63,980 bases of DNA, filler included, from Octopus bimaculoides (GCF_001194135.2; 7 parts of 5 records of this genome joined end to end with filler, not necessarily neighbours in it); one strand, 5' to 3'. Counted from the first letter of the whole stretch, positions 1-13,774 are shown. Notes: a model not told the origin generated them from the letters alone. Numbers and translations are program-made.

Positions 1-253
1 TATATATATACAGAGAGAGAGAGAGAGAGAAAAGGATAAGATCGATATTTAAAATATTTATCTTATCAAGTGGCCAGCATGGGAATAAAACCATCAAAGT
101 TAATAATTATTTAAAATTATAATACAGGATATCTAAGAGATACCGCCACGCTGAAAAATAGCAGTCAAATCCTGACTCTAAACCGCAATAAATGTCCACA
201 TAGCACAAGGAGCGAAGACTAAGACAAAATAAACCAGTAAAAATAACAAGATA

Positions 254-312
254 ATTCCAGATCCCGGATTTCTGGCTTTGCATAATAAATGCTTTGCCTT
301 CATCGGTGGAAT
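254..312 (-). ncRNA. Type I hammerhead ribozyme-like motif (short stem III, dimer-type)
   Basis: Minus strand: ATTCCA-CCGATGA-A-GGC(AAA)GCAT TTATT ATGC(AAA)GCC-A-GAA-ATCCGGGAT-C-TGGAAT. Stem I ATTCCA/TGGAAT is a perfect 6 bp; stem III is near-palindromic; cleavage triplet AUC. The core has U4>C. Confidence 0.65.
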
Positions 313-783
313 ATACTCAAGCACATACATACAAATATATATATATATAAACAGTATACTTACATATACGGACGTATACATACATATATATGCACGTATG
401 TACACGACTAGCTTAAAGTGCCCGCATTAACATAGCTATATTTTTGAATAGAATTTAATTTTCGATAATTTCGATTGATTTTAATCGATTTTAATTTCCT
501 TTCTATTTGAAAATTAGTTATGAAACACGTGTAATCATTTTATTATATTTATCTTATGATATTTACTTTGCTTTATATTATACTCATGTATTGTGCTTTT
601 AATTGTTAATGTTTCTATATGTGATGGTGGATTTTCATCGATGAGTTCTTGAAACTTGGTTATTTTCCCTAAAACTATATTTATATAGATTTTATCTATA
701 AAGCTCAATTTAATCTTAATTTTTTATAAATTGATTTTAATTGAGTTTTTACCTGTAATTTTGGATTTTGTCCCGAATATTAT

Positions 784-839
<56 letters not shown>

Positions 840-949
840 GAGAGAGAGAGAGAGAGAGTGAGAGAGAGAGAGAGAGTGAGAGAGAGAGTGAGTAAAAAAG
901 AGAGCAAGATAGACAGACAGTCAGACAGAGAAATAGATAGACAGATATG

Positions 950-982
<33 letters not shown>

Positions 983-983
<1 letters not shown>

Positions 984-1060
984 TGGGAGAATTTGCGAAA
1001 AAAACAACAGACGAGGACAGGTAATGTAAACAACAAAAGGATGTATTAGTTTAACGCTCT
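983..1060 (-). mobile_element. Penelope pLTR/tail fragment (same family as 30386-30512 and 60462-60534)
   Basis: Minus strand GAGCGTTAAACTAATACATCC..TTGTTGTTTACATTACCTGTCCTCGTC matches the tails at 30439-30512 (+) and 60462-60495 (-). Confidence 0.6.
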
Positions 1061-1408
1061 ACAGACAGACAGAGAGACAGACAGAAAGATGGAGAGAGAT
1101 TTATTGATGCATAGATGACCGTATTCCGAAAATTTTGGTATGGTTAAAAGTGTTAAGCTCGGTAAATCAATACTCGCACCTCCTTAGATATGAGGATAAT
1201 TTGAAGCAATCTCTAAAGTCTCTACAGTGTAATTTGACATCTTGTAGAAGTTATAGCCAAGATGAATATGCATGGTGTAAAATATGTCATGATGCACGAA
1301 AACCATTTGTGTTGAAGAAACAAAGCAATAAAGGAATCATATCCTGCAATCACCTGACACATTTTCCAAACCGCAAGCAAAATCCAAATCTCTAGTGCCC
1401 CCTCTGCG

Positions 1409-1485
<77 letters not shown>

Positions 1486-2099
1486 GTTATATATATATAA
1501 TTTTAAAATTAAATAAATGGAATATAGATCGGTCGTGTTGTGAGTCTCTACATTTTTAAACATGCAAATTTGAAACCTTGGAAATATAACCAATCAGAAC
1601 GACCCTTAAAGAATCTAATAAATGATCCTTTGGGGTGTAGTCTTATGCTATATTATTTGTAGCGATTACGAAATTTACTGGAAAATTATATATATATATA
1701 TATATACATATATATGCTTGGTGAGAGTCATTCTCTTTTAGTGCCTTATTATTTAACACGCTCACCGGTTTAGTTTCCACTCATTTACTTGGTTTTAGTA
1801 AAAATTTTCGTTGCGTTGCAACCTTTTCGATAGACGGATCCATAAACACACCAGCATCGGTTGTCAGGAGATGTGGGGTGGGGCAAACACAGACACACAC
1901 ACACACAAATACATATATATATATATATATATATGAATAGGAATATAGTCATGGATTGCAATTAATTATTCCCACGAAGAAAGCGTGGAATTGCCTATGT
2001 GGATTATTACTTAAAAGCTATAAAGCACACGTTATCATGGATATTCACCAACTGCTTGAATTTTGGTACACAAACTAAGTTCAGCTTATTCTGGTATAA

Positions 2100-3150
2100 T
2101 TAATACTGGACCAGTTAAAAGCTTACTTCGAAGATTTGGAACCTGAAGTTCTATATAATTTGTTTTTGCGTTTTTCTGGAAGGGTTAAATGGAAAACTTC
2201 TCGTCGAAGAATCTGTCAAGAAAAGAATGGAACATTCAATGACAGATATTCTGATAATATTAATGAGTTTTTAAAAACTGCACCATTTAATTATGGAAGG
2301 ATCAAAATCTTTACTGCAAAATATTACAGTAATCTCTTTGGAATCATTCTTGACACAATTTTAGCAGAATTTTCCTCCACTTCCTCCTGCTATTACTTAT
2401 CCGACATCTTGAATAAGGGACAGGATTGCACACGGTTACTGCTTCTCCCGTACCTTACTTCTTTCTTCTGATTTAACCTCTTCATTTTCAATTTACATCA
2501 TGGCTATAGCACAGTACTGAAAGGACAGTTGTACGTAACCACTTCATACAGTAATCTGCTATGTGTAGACAAGTTGGCTCCTGATACTAACAACTTACGC
2601 ACCCCAAAGGATTCCATACCGAAGATAACAAGTATGAAGTGAGGTCTGCAAACTCCACGTATGCAAAACCCTCTACACAACCTCTCTTTAATACACGTCA
2701 CACATCAATATTTAAGGAGAAATCACAAATATATTTTGAATCATTCACACAAAGTATTTCTAGATAATAATCTATGGCATATTGTACTTACATTGACTTT
2801 TCTATTGGACATTACATTTTCTCAAAATCCCTCGTATGCATCCATCATACATTTTATGAGAAAATCACTTAGAGATCAAGCACTCCATTATGCTGAATGA
2901 TAATTTTATAACGAAGAGTCTTTCTACAGAATCTCACCCTGTCTCATTTATAACAATCTAATACGTAGCTATGAACAAAACGTATCGATACCTGCTGACC
3001 AGTGTTGCTATCATATGCGAAACATATCTTCCTCCCTAAGAATATACTTCAGTAAATATTCGTTATTCCTAAGTACAGATGAACAATTGTATTTCGAGAA
3101 CTGTCTGCGCAATTATGTTTCTTATACAACTATCCTTAAAAGATCGTGCC
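2100..3150 (+). mobile_element. Highly decayed Penelope-like RT remnant
   Basis: Scattered in-order motifs resembling PLE RT: SCYYLSDILNKG (~FYLLPKIHK), LYVTTSYSNL (~DVTSLYTNI), TFLLDITF (~PFLDI), KSLRDQALHY. Many stops. Confidence 0.35.
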
Positions 3151-4905
3151 CTAATCTATTTCAATTGGTTTACATTAATTAATTTTATCTTCACTGTTAT
3201 CTGTGACGCATATATCCATGAATTTTGTATGACGCAACGCATTTTCTGAGACGTTGCATTCAACAATGACTATTTTATAGCAATGCAAAAATTTATACGC
3301 ATAAACATAAATTTATGCAGATTTCAAAGAATTAATGAGGCAATCATAAATATCCGCGAAGTTTTTAAGCGTGATGCAGTACATTAGGTTTAACTTACGT
3401 GAAGGTAATTTCTCCTAGTTCATACTAACAAAATGCGAACGCGAGTTTTCTACGCTCCAATATAAAAATTATATACCCATTAATATATTATGAGATGTTA
3501 TACGTTTTAATCAAAATAGCTGTTAACTTGTGCATGATTCAAACATCGTGTTTCATTCAAATTATCACTTTAGCAAGATTTCGCTTCGACTGCCGAAATT
3601 AAATTACACAAATATATCTACACAGACATTAATGCGAAACCAACAACACTGTGTGTATATGGTCATGCAGAGAGAAGCGAAGACACACAAAAATGTAAAA
3701 GGGTAAGTATTTGTGCATGCGTGTGTGTTTGTGAATGTGCTTACATATAAAATATATGGAAATGAAAACTGTTGAGTTACAGGGTTATTAGAAGAGATAT
3801 CATCATTGCACACTGGTGCATTTATCGAGAAGAATATTATTGTGGTGATCACAATAACTACAAAGCTATTTTCTGTAAAACCAGTCTCCTATTTCAAATA
3901 TTATATAGCTGCTGGGCTTACTCATTTTAAATCTATTTTCAGATTTCAAATACCTTCTAAGCTGTTGAAGGCAATTTATTACTGTACCTTTTCAAAGACT
4001 GTCTTCCTATCTTTCTTTTTTCGTTCAGATATAAATTATAAATCCATTCTTCAGATTTTAAGTAGCTACTAAGCTAGTTTATGTCAATTTAATACCATAT
4101 CCTTTCAAATTCTTTTTCATAGTATTTTCATTTTATTCTTTAGATAGAAGGTTTATTGTATGCCTGTATTATTTCATGTACAATATTTTAATGTAAAGAT
4201 GTTACACATTTTCTAAACATTCACCGCTGGGATTATATTAGAAAAATTAATTATCATTCCGCACTATAGCATATGTCCAAAAGTAACTGCAATCACATTG
4301 GCTTTATGTTATCCGATGGTATTGAAATGTAAATGACGGGTGAGCTTCATGTGATTTATTTACTGGATTTATCCTTTCTTTCGTTTAAAACATGTGAAGT
4401 GCTCCCCACCTTTATTTTCATCTGAAGATTTAAAATACTGTCTACTAACCTCCCTCTCTCTCTCTCCCCCTCTCTCTCATGCATAAATGGTTTTCTTACT
4501 TGGAACATCCATGGCAGCAGAGGATTTCTGAATGCCATTAATATAGTGAAGTGTGATTTTTTTAAACTGTATCGAAAATTGAACTTATTTGAGATGGCTC
4601 CGAACTAGTGAGTGCACATATAATTCTGCATTAGAGTATCAATAATGAAGCAGCTGACAAATACATGAAAATCAGAGGATCCTATACATTTATTTCTACC
4701 TGAAACTGCATCATTAAATAATTTCAGATAAGAAAATGGTAATAATATCCATGAAAAATAGTTAAAATTGTATTGAAAATAGCAATTTAGGAACGTCGTG
4801 GTATAGAAAACATTACGTTCGGAATAAAGTATTAAATATAAGAGATACAAATTAATCTAACCTTATTTGAATGAGGAAATCAATGAATATTATTCTCTTG
4901 TATAT

Positions 4906-5324
4906 GGCAGCGAACAGGCAGAGCAAAATGCTTAGTGGTATTTCGTCCGCTTTTATGTTTTGAGTTCAAATTCTGCCGACTCTGCATCTCATCCTTTCGG
5001 AGCTGATAAAGTAAGTATTAGTTGAAGACTGGTGTCAATGTAATTGACATGCTTCTTTTCAGTAATTGCTGGTCTAGTTCCAAAATTTAATTCCCGATTT
5101 TTACCTCTAGCACTAATGGTAGCGGTCCGGAAGAATCGTTAACTCGCTGACTAAAAATTCGTAGCACCATTCCGCCCGTCTTTATGTACTGAGTTCAAAT
5201 TCAGCTCTAGTCGACTTTGCTTTTTATCTTTTTGAAGACGGTAAAATGAGTACTAGGTGAGCGCTGGGGTTGACGTAATTGACTTTTCTAGTTTCAAATA
5301 TTGCTGGTTTTGTGCGAAAATTTA
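4906..5324 (+). mobile_element. Two adjacent decayed tRNA-derived SINEs (group A), 4906-5088 and 5118-5324
   Basis: Both contain AAATGCTTAG..TTTCGTCC..TGAGTTCAAATTC (B-box)..CATCCTTTCGG..AGTA-like body and a GCTGGT..CCAAAATTT-like tail shared with other copies. Confidence 0.75.
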
Positions 5325-5469
5325 GTGTTTATTGCTGGTGATATATGAATAAGTGAGTGAGTGAGAGATAAGAGCACGTAAACTAAGTGGCACTGAGGTG
5401 CAAAATCACAAAGCCCAATAAACACATAGCTACTCGTCTGATAAGTGTATGTAGGCACATGCCACCCAA

Positions 5470-5900
5470 CCCCATATGCCCGATGTGGGGATATCTAATG
5501 TCATACTTTTTCATGAATGGCTTATGCACTATGTTGTTTGCATTATCGTGGAAGACGATAATGCAAATACGAGTGACCACTTATCGGCGCTTGTTCTGAA
5601 AAACTTGGCGTAATATTTCCAACTGACGAATAATACTTCTCCGCATTAACTGTTTTGTTTTGGTTTAACAACTCATGATACACGAACACATCATATCCGA
5701 CCAAAAACAGAACATATTTTGGGAGGGGTAGTCCTAGCTTAGAGATTACCATTTATCGTTGGACGCTAACCATTGACGTTTTGTAATTTTTCATTGGATG
5801 TGCTTATAGAGAACCCACTTTTCATCACTTGCGATGATTTTGCCGGGAAAAGAAATCGGTAGCAAGTCTGCTCTTCAAAGACAAACGGAGAGCGACTCTT
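5470..5900 (-). mobile_element. Decayed mariner transposase fragment
   Basis: Minus-strand peptides IIASDEKWVLY, YHELLNQNKTVNAEKY and IVFHDNA correspond to the first two catalytic-Asp motifs of mariner transposases; frameshifted. Confidence 0.75.
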
Positions 5901-6113
5901 TGATTAAGATGTATAATAGTGAGATAATGAGGAAGACACTGACCGTATTTAGACAATTGTCCTAATTCATGAAGCTGTTTTCTGTCCGATATGTGACTTG
6001 ACTTGAAATGGGTTTTTTTTTAATTCTCATGTGTTTGCTTTACAATTTCCTCTTCTGTGGCTTTAAAGCCACAGAAGACGAAATTATAAAGCAAACACAA
6101 AAATGATAAATCT

Positions 6114-6455
6114 TTGCCGTCCAGATCGAGAGAGCATTCCCTGAGTTACAGTTGATCTGATCAACGGAACAGCCTGTTCGTGAAATTAACGTGCACGTGG
6201 TTGAGCACTCCACAGACACGTGTACCCTTAATGTAGTTCTCGGGGATATTCAGCGTGACGCAGTCTGACAAGGCTGACCCTTTGAATTACAGGCACAACA
6301 GAATCAGGAAGTAAGAGTGAGAGAAAGTTGTAGTGAAAGAGTACTGCAGGGTTCGCCACCATCTCCTGCCGGAGCCTTATGGAGCTTTTACGTGTTTTTG
6401 CTCAATAAACACTCACAACGCCCGGTCTGGGAATCGAAACCGCGATCCTATGACC
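6114..6455 (-). mobile_element. tRNA-derived SINE (group C, central module 1)
   Basis: Homologous to 27016-27370; tRNA-like head (GGTCATAGGATCGCGGTTTCGATTCCC) and tail shared with 41504 and 43181 copies. Confidence 0.85.
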
Positions 6456-7689
6456 TCCACAATTATTCAAGTAAATAAGTAATGAAATCACAACTACGTA
6501 TGTATTTTGTTCAGATAGACGTCATTGGATCATGCTCCTCTGAGATTCTGTTACGCCTGTTTAATTCAACAACTTGTATTTCATTCTAGTTTAGACATTT
6601 TGCTTATGACACAATCTTCTTGTTCAAAAAAGTGCGCCTTGATGTGAATTTGTTTCTCATTGTTATAAAAAGATTAAATCGGATCTATGCTTAATATGTG
6701 ATAATATTTGCAGCTATTCACTTTATTTTAAAAATGATATATTCTCAGACATTTTCATACATCCGAAGAACTGAGGCAAATCAGTCAGTGATATGCTAAT
6801 GTTGTGATTTCATTTAGCTATGTAAGAATGGTTTTAGAATGAAGTAAACAATTCCTGTGAGAGTTATAGCAACTATGTCATATAATGTGCTTCACTCTAA
6901 TAATGACTTAACTTATTTAATTAGTGTGGAATCAATGGATTATTTTTAGCAAAAATATATTTGTTTACGCATTAAAAATAAATGATAACGATATTGATTG
7001 ATTTTTACCAAGATCAAAAGCTAAAAATTATATATAGCAGAAATAATTCCAGTTTCAAAGGATATATTCAAACAATAAATTTTCGAATATTGAAATTTTA
7101 CACACCCAGGTTTTTGTGTGCGACGGTACTGGTGTGCCTGTTAGTATTGTAAACCTATCGAAGTATTTGAGTACCAACGATTACTCAAACATTATCTGAA
7201 TCTTGGTAATGAATACATCTGAGTTTTTTTCTCACCATAAACTTTAAATATTCATGAAATCTTACGACCAGTGTTTTTAATACAGCTATCGTTAATTTTA
7301 GAAGCCGCAAATGTCTCTGTCCAAACGCTATATTACCCGTGAATGAGTGACTGGTTTTATAATTCCCATTGCTGTGTACCCCTGCAAATGAGAGAGAGGT
7401 ATTGTATATAACTTTGAAAGAAGAAAAAAAAACAGCAAAAACGATACAGGTGTAGTTTAAATACGGGATTAAATATTGCGAATCATGACTTGATATTTCA
7501 CTGATTCTGAGAACACGTTTTATTTACGATGATAACCTACTTGAGATAGCTGACGCTGTATAGCATCAGACATCATGACTATATAGGCGCACAGACACAC
7601 AGACAGACACACAAGCACATACATACATACATACATACATACATACATACATACATACATACGGCTCAATATTGTTGTGTGGGATTACA

Positions 7690-8770
7690 AAGGAAAATAT
7701 AATCTGTTGTGGATATCAGCTCCCTTATGGACACCATTATGGTTAGAAAAATGCAAGACTATTGCTAAGGCGTTTGAAACCCAATATATTACATGTTAGA
7801 GAATATACCATTTCCCATATTTCACTCAAACATTCGACGTATGTTGAATGACTCTCATTCAATATTTTCCTAACTATTCATTTGTGCATGTTATTTCTAG
7901 TTCACATATATCCTCGTTCTTTTTATTCAAAAGCTGTTTATTTTCTCATTACGTCCAGAACACTATGCATGGAACATTGTCATAAGTCTTCTCCTACATT
8001 CTTTGTACACGTACTTCATTTAGCGCCTTACTATTATTAACAATTACCATTAGCTTCATTCTGCATCCCTTTTTAAATTCTCCTTCTGATGAAAATTGTA
8101 TCGCTCATCTGCTATAAAGCCACTCAATAATTTCTGGAAGCATGTTAATATATAGTTACTGATTTACTCTTTCTTTCCTTTGCCACTGTGCTCCAGTACT
8201 CTCGTACATTTTGTCATGTATTTAAGCGTTCCATTTTATTTGCAGTCATTCAAAAAGGGTCGTATATAGCAGGAGAGATTTGAGCTGGACACCACCTTGA
8301 CCGACAGCATTCCAGCTTGGTATTTTCTGAGTCATCTTCCACAATGTTATCAATAACAGTTATATTTTCTTGCTTCACTCTATTTTCAGTTTCTCTTTAA
8401 ACTTCATTAACCAGTCTGTTTTATATTATGTAGGATTTCTCTGCTTCAAGTTTCTGACTAAAAGTTTCTTGCTGCTTAAACTGTTAGCATGATATTCCTC
8501 TGATGTTCCTCTTAATAGTTCAGCAATTTGTAGACTATTCTTTCGTTGTTCCTGAAGTGGCTATTCTTTTAGTTCGTTTTCTTTTGGTGCTTTTCGTTTT
8601 TTTTTTTTGTTTTTATTTTGCTAGCACTGATTTGAGGTTTTTGTCTTGTCTTTTCATTAAATACCTAAACTTTTTGTCTAATTTTTATTTTTGGCAGCTC
8701 CTTTCCTTACCATCTGCTTTTCTATAGTATAGTTTTCAAGCACAACGTAGTCATATTCACACTTTTCTCT
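7690..8770 (-). mobile_element. Decayed R4/Dong-type LINE RT region
   Basis: Minus-strand KIPSWNAVGQGGVQ (~KMPNWKAPGPDGVQ) at 8284-8326, NYILTCFQKLLSGFIADE, and KTYDNVP (~KAYDMVP) at 7971-7990. Confidence 0.65.
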
Positions 8771-9556
8771 AATGTACAGATCTCCTCCAGTTCCAAGTGG
8801 GTTAAACACTGTCTTTACACGATTAGATTTATTTTCTTGTTTGGTGTAGAAGTCTTTGTTCTGTGATAGGAGATCTGCCTTTCTCAATTTTATACATTAT
8901 TTTTTTCGGTAATAGCATTCCATTGCACTTCTGTTGGTGTGTTGAGTCTATTTTCTAATCTGTGTAGTAGTATTCGGATAACGAGGAAGCCCACCCTTCT
9001 GTCGAATGGAACATATACCGTGCGAGACATCTTTTGTTTGACATTAGATTGTAGTGTCAGAGTCAGAAGTATTTTTATTGAGATGAAATCTCGATGGGTA
9101 AGCCAGCCAAGGTTAAGAGACTCTTCCCTCTGCGGAAGATTCATGAAGATTCTCTGTTGTTTTTGTCCTCGGTGTATTCATTATTATTATTACTGCTAAC
9201 CTATGTGGTAATAGCTTCATCGGTAGTACTACTAATAAAGTAAGCTACTAGTTAGACGATGGTTGTTTTCTGTTTTGCAGACTGACAAAATAGTTAGAAA
9301 AAACATCTCCCACTTGTGGAGAGTTGACGGTTTAGACGCCGACAGCCCAACTTTATGGATGCTGACTAGAACTCAATCATCCAGATGCAATTTGATCTCA
9401 CACCTTCAGCTATGTTGAAGGGGGAGACGCTAATGCCACGAGCCCAGATAAACAAAGTAGGGGAGAGCTGTAGTGAAGAAGAAAACGGAGTTACGAGATA
9501 AAAGAGCGAGAGAGAGATTGAGATGGAGAGGAGAAAGAGAAAGAGAGATTAAGATG

Positions 9557-9617
<61 letters not shown>

Positions 9618-9709
9618 CAGAATGTGTGCTACATTATGCAACATGCACTCCGCTGAAAGTGTATATAAGAAATAGTGTTGGAGATGTATATAAGAAATAG
9701 TGTCTACTG

Positions 9710-10050
9710 TACATGCGATTTACCCTGCTCCATATCTAAGGAGAGAAACCATCCATGTATTGATAGCTTCAATCTTATTCCGTCCGGTTACTTTCGGCTT
9801 AAGGATCTGCATCAGTCTGCGCAAGTACTCTACCTTAAATTTTTCTGTCATTTCTTTCTGCATCAATTTCTCCATTTCTAATATCCCCAAGTACTTATAG
9901 GCCATCTCTTCTATCTGCTTTATAACCTCCCCCGACGGCATCGATAGCCCGTCCATACATTTAATTTTGTCTCTCTTCAATACTAACACACCACACTTTC
10001 TCAGTCCGAAATCCATTTTGATACCAGCACGAAAAGCATACACCGTATCA
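9710..10050 (-). mobile_element. R4/Dong-type LINE fragment (RT C-terminal/thumb)
   Basis: ORF 9720-10043: GIKMDFGLRKCGVLVLKR..YKYLGILE..EYLRRL..NKIEAINTW..LRYGAG. Confidence 0.85.
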
Positions 10051-10054
10051 AGTA

Positions 10055-12135
10055 TCCAATATCGTGATGTTGATTTAAGATGCTGTGACTACCGCGGTGT
10101 TTTACTGTCTGTCAAGTCACAACAAGGGCCTCAGCCAAACAGTACTTTACGCAATAAGCTTGCAATTCCAAGTAATGCCGAATTGTGAAACACACATAGA
10201 TTGTAGGGTATTTCTAAAATTTACAGATGTTTTTTCATGTTGGGTGGTATTGAACGCAATGCTCTCGTAGCTACCACATATTGGCGATTTTAATTCTCAA
10301 GTCTTCACGTGTATCAATCTTTTCAATTTCTTTCATGATAATACGTTGATCTCCCGGCATTGCCACGTCGATTATTAAGCACTCTTGTTTGTCCTTCCTA
10401 AAGGTTACAATGTCCGGCCTTCAGTACTCTAACATTGTGTCTGTCAGGAAGTCAAAGTCCTAGAGATTTATTGCCTTCCTCTTTTCGTTCATTACATTTC
10501 CCGGTGCATGTTGGTACTAAGAAACCGTTACTTCGTATACATACGTACCCATAGCGGCCATTGAAGTTGTGGGGCAACATTGTCGTATCTGCTCTTCTAC
10601 TTCTCTACGTATGATTTTCTCAAGTACTTATAATGTAATGCTATCCACCCACTTCCCACATATTCTACAGAGGTTCGTTACACTTGTGTGGTATATATTC
10701 GTTTTTCACTGAGATGATATCCAATGCATGTTGCTTGGTAGCGATTATTAGGCTTTCGGCATTTCTTTTAGATCACTCCTGACGAGCCACCTCCATGATG
10801 CTTCGAGGTCTTTTAATTTGTTAGTTTCATGTCGGAAATGACCACGTAATTCCATGCGGAATAGAGTTTCTTCACTCTCGTTGGCTATTAGTAATCGGAT
10901 TCATAAGCACTCTCAAATACATTTTCAGTAAAGCTTTCTGCATTAGTAGCATACTGCAGTAGGCTGTGCTTCCTGTTTACCAAAAAGTGTTGCCATGTTT
11001 CTTCTTTCACTGTTGATTCACTCCCGTACGGTAATCAACCCACGTCTACCTTTACACCTAGTCATGTAGAATCAGTGTACGTTCGCCTTAATGTGGCGGG
11101 TACTATGAATTGTTATTGTCTTCCCAGTAATGCGATCCAGCTGGTTATCTCCGCCTGTGTCCATTTCAGGATGGATGCACTATATTGCACTAAGGCAACA
11201 GCCCATATGTTGATGGCAATCGAATTCAGTTTCGATTTCAAGATAAGTTTGAGGCACTACAAATATGCCGAGATGACATTGTCTTTCTCTGTGCAAAATA
11301 TTGTCCAGCTCCAGCATGCCATGATACATGTACCCATCATCTTCCGAGTCTTCCATTCTCTCTCCGTTTGGCAATTCTATGCCCTTACAATCTGAACTTT
11401 TCCCCCGTTAAAAAGCGAGCGTCGCACACTTCATCCCTTTATCCTTGCTGCATAACTGTACTATCAAAGCTTGCCTCACCATTTCAGGCTCTGTTTATGC
11501 GAGCTGTTTTAAATTATCCATGAAGAGGAGAGGGTTGAGGCGAGGTGCCTTCTTTCTCAGCTCATAGTTTGCGTTGAATTTGCGAAGTACGACAGCAAAT
11601 GGAATCAAGGCTATAACAAATAACAAAGGTGAACAAGCGTTTCCCTGGGAGATAGTTCATTTGATTGTTATCTCAGCTAAGCGCTGGTTGTCATAGAAAA
11701 TACGTGTTTTCCAACTAAGCATATGGTCTTAATCAGTGCACAAACTTTCTCAGCTATTCCACACATGTCGAGTGTTTCCAAAATCCACGAATGCGGCAAC
11801 ATGTAAGCCTTTTTAAAGTCTATCCTGCTCATGCTCTTGTTTTGTTGGTACCGTCTGCAGTTCTTCATTACAACAATGTGGCCCTTGGTGCTCTTGTGTC
11901 TTTTCTGTCGTCCTGTTTATTCTACTGCATGTATACTTTTCTCTGCAAGGAACGTACATATTTTCCCTGCGATGATGCCTGTTAATACTTTCCATTAGAA
12001 GTTAAGACAAGCAATGGGTCGATAATTGCCAACCTCATTGCCCTTTGACCGATCTTTCATCAACAATGTTGTCTTTTCCTCTACAACCCCCTCCAGAACT
12101 GCAGCACACTGTTGGCGATTGTCTAATTGGAACGC
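10055..12135 (-). mobile_element. R4/Dong-type LINE, 5'-truncated and frameshifted (RT plus RLE endonuclease plus 3' UTR)
   Basis: In order on minus strand: KGNEVGNYRPIACL, DFKKAY..PHSWILE, RPDIV..LIIDVAMPGD (RLE PD..D), LLGIASLLRKVL-stop. Confidence 0.9.
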
Positions 12136-12974
12136 AGTTCACTTGTATGATTTTTAACCTCTCTCGAAATTGCTGGTCTTGTGCCACAATTTGAAATCAT
12201 TGTTATTTCCAGTTTTTGTGAAAACATCTCGTCTCAAGTAATAATTTTTGTCGGGGTTCTTAAGGAAATGGGGACTACACATTTTTGCATGTCGACAATG
12301 CAATTCTGAATTCTAATATTGTTCTGCCTCTTTGATAGCAGTTTGGGATATTTTTCCTTTTGCATGGTGCATCAATTACCAAAGGAATAATTATCTTATT
12401 AGTTTTCTATAGTGTCTTCAGTTGCCTATATTTAAATTCTCTTATTTTCAGTTTTCTTGGTATCCACTCTCTTATCGTACGGTATTGCAGAGTCTATGAT
12501 CTTATACAGTTTGTTTTTATTTCAAGTAATTGAAACATGTTAATGCACGAATTCTATTCAATACAAAGGATGAAAATATAATTAAAGGAAAAAATCTTTA
12601 AGTTCTTCCCATTAAAAATATACTCGTATATAATTGTGTGTTGAGGCATGAAAATATAATGTCATGGTTAATGAATTATCATTGTTCATACTATTCTTTT
12701 ATGTCACGCCGAAGTTTAAAAAAACGGGTGTATGAAACGTTTCCAATGTAGCAATTGGTGATAATTACAAATAAAAATAAAAAGACGAGACTATATGCGA
12801 ACCTAAGTCTAATGTGATAGAAACGAAAGTGATACTTCCAATTTTCAAAAGACTAAAACTGCTTCAAAATTTTGCATTTCATTTAAGAAAATATTTAACT
12901 ACTCTTTGCAAGATAAAATTCAACATTATTTATGAAAATCAGTGTAGTTATGATTTAATAAAAAATATTCCTCT

Positions 12975-13120
12975 GGCGCAGGTGTGGTCGTATATCAAGA
13001 AGTTTGCTTTACACATGCTCGAGTTCAGTCCTACTGCGTGACACACTTGGGCAAGTGTCTTCTACTATAGTACAGACCAAATAGTCGCGAGTATATTTGG
13101 TAGACGGAAACTGAAAGCCC
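12975..13120 (+). mobile_element. tRNA-derived CORE-like SINE (group B) 5' part
   Basis: GGCGCAGGTGTGG head, GAGTTCAGTCC B-box, CTTGGGCAAGTGTCTT CORE-like segment, TTTGGTAGACGGAAACTGAAAG. Confidence 0.85.
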
Positions 13121-13139
13121 CCTTATATTGTTAATTGTC

Positions 13140-13267
13140 TCATCGACCCTGATAGGATTAAAGGCAAAGTCGATTTCGGTGGTATTTGAACTCAGAATGT
13201 AAAGACGGACGAAATGGTGTTAATCAGTTTTTCCGGCCTGCTAAAGATTCAGCCAATCCGCCGCCTT
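13140..13267 (-). mobile_element. Group A SINE 5' part
   Basis: Reverse complement of GGCGG..GGCTGAATC..TTTCGTCCGTCTTTACATTCTGAGTTCAAAT..GACTTTGCCTTT. Confidence 0.8.
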
Positions 13268-13595
13268 CTAGTTATCCTACATATTTTATTCGTACATGTT
13301 AGGTTTTGTGACTTCCTGATAAAGACACTTTGAAATAATATGTGGAAGTTATTACTTAAATTCTTGTATTTCTGTGTATTGCTCTTGTTTAATATTTTAT
13401 ACGAGATTATTTTTTACCAACTTCATTTAACTTGATATAATAATTTCCTTATTCAATTGTTAAAGAGATATTTATGACTTAATGTCAGACTTGGTTAAAT
13501 GTTAAGGACAGGTGTGATCAAATCTCTAAATTAACTATTTACAAATATTCATGGTAAAAAATATTGAAGAATAAATATTGTTACAACAGGTTGGA

Positions 13596-13774
13596 CTTCT
13601 CGCGCGCATGCACGCACGCACGCACACACACCACACACACACACACACACATCGTAGAACAGACGAGAACAGAGCACGAACACACACACTGCACTAACAC
13701 AATTATAGTGAATAAAGCATTCATCGGATTTGCCGAAGCTGGCCGAACGCTAGAAATTCTTGATGTGCGTAAGT
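13596..13774 (+). promoter_or_regulatory. Candidate promoter / first non-coding exon
   Basis: CpG-rich patch in AT-rich background; TCTCGCGCGCATGCACGC (NRF1-like); (CA)n; consensus donor GC|GTAAGT at 13769-13774. No transcript evidence. Confidence 0.3.

Noticed and set aside
4356-4850. Possible minus-strand exons (donor at about 4499, acceptor at about 4700)
   Set aside because: Isolated splice-like signals with no consistent frame or recognisable peptide.
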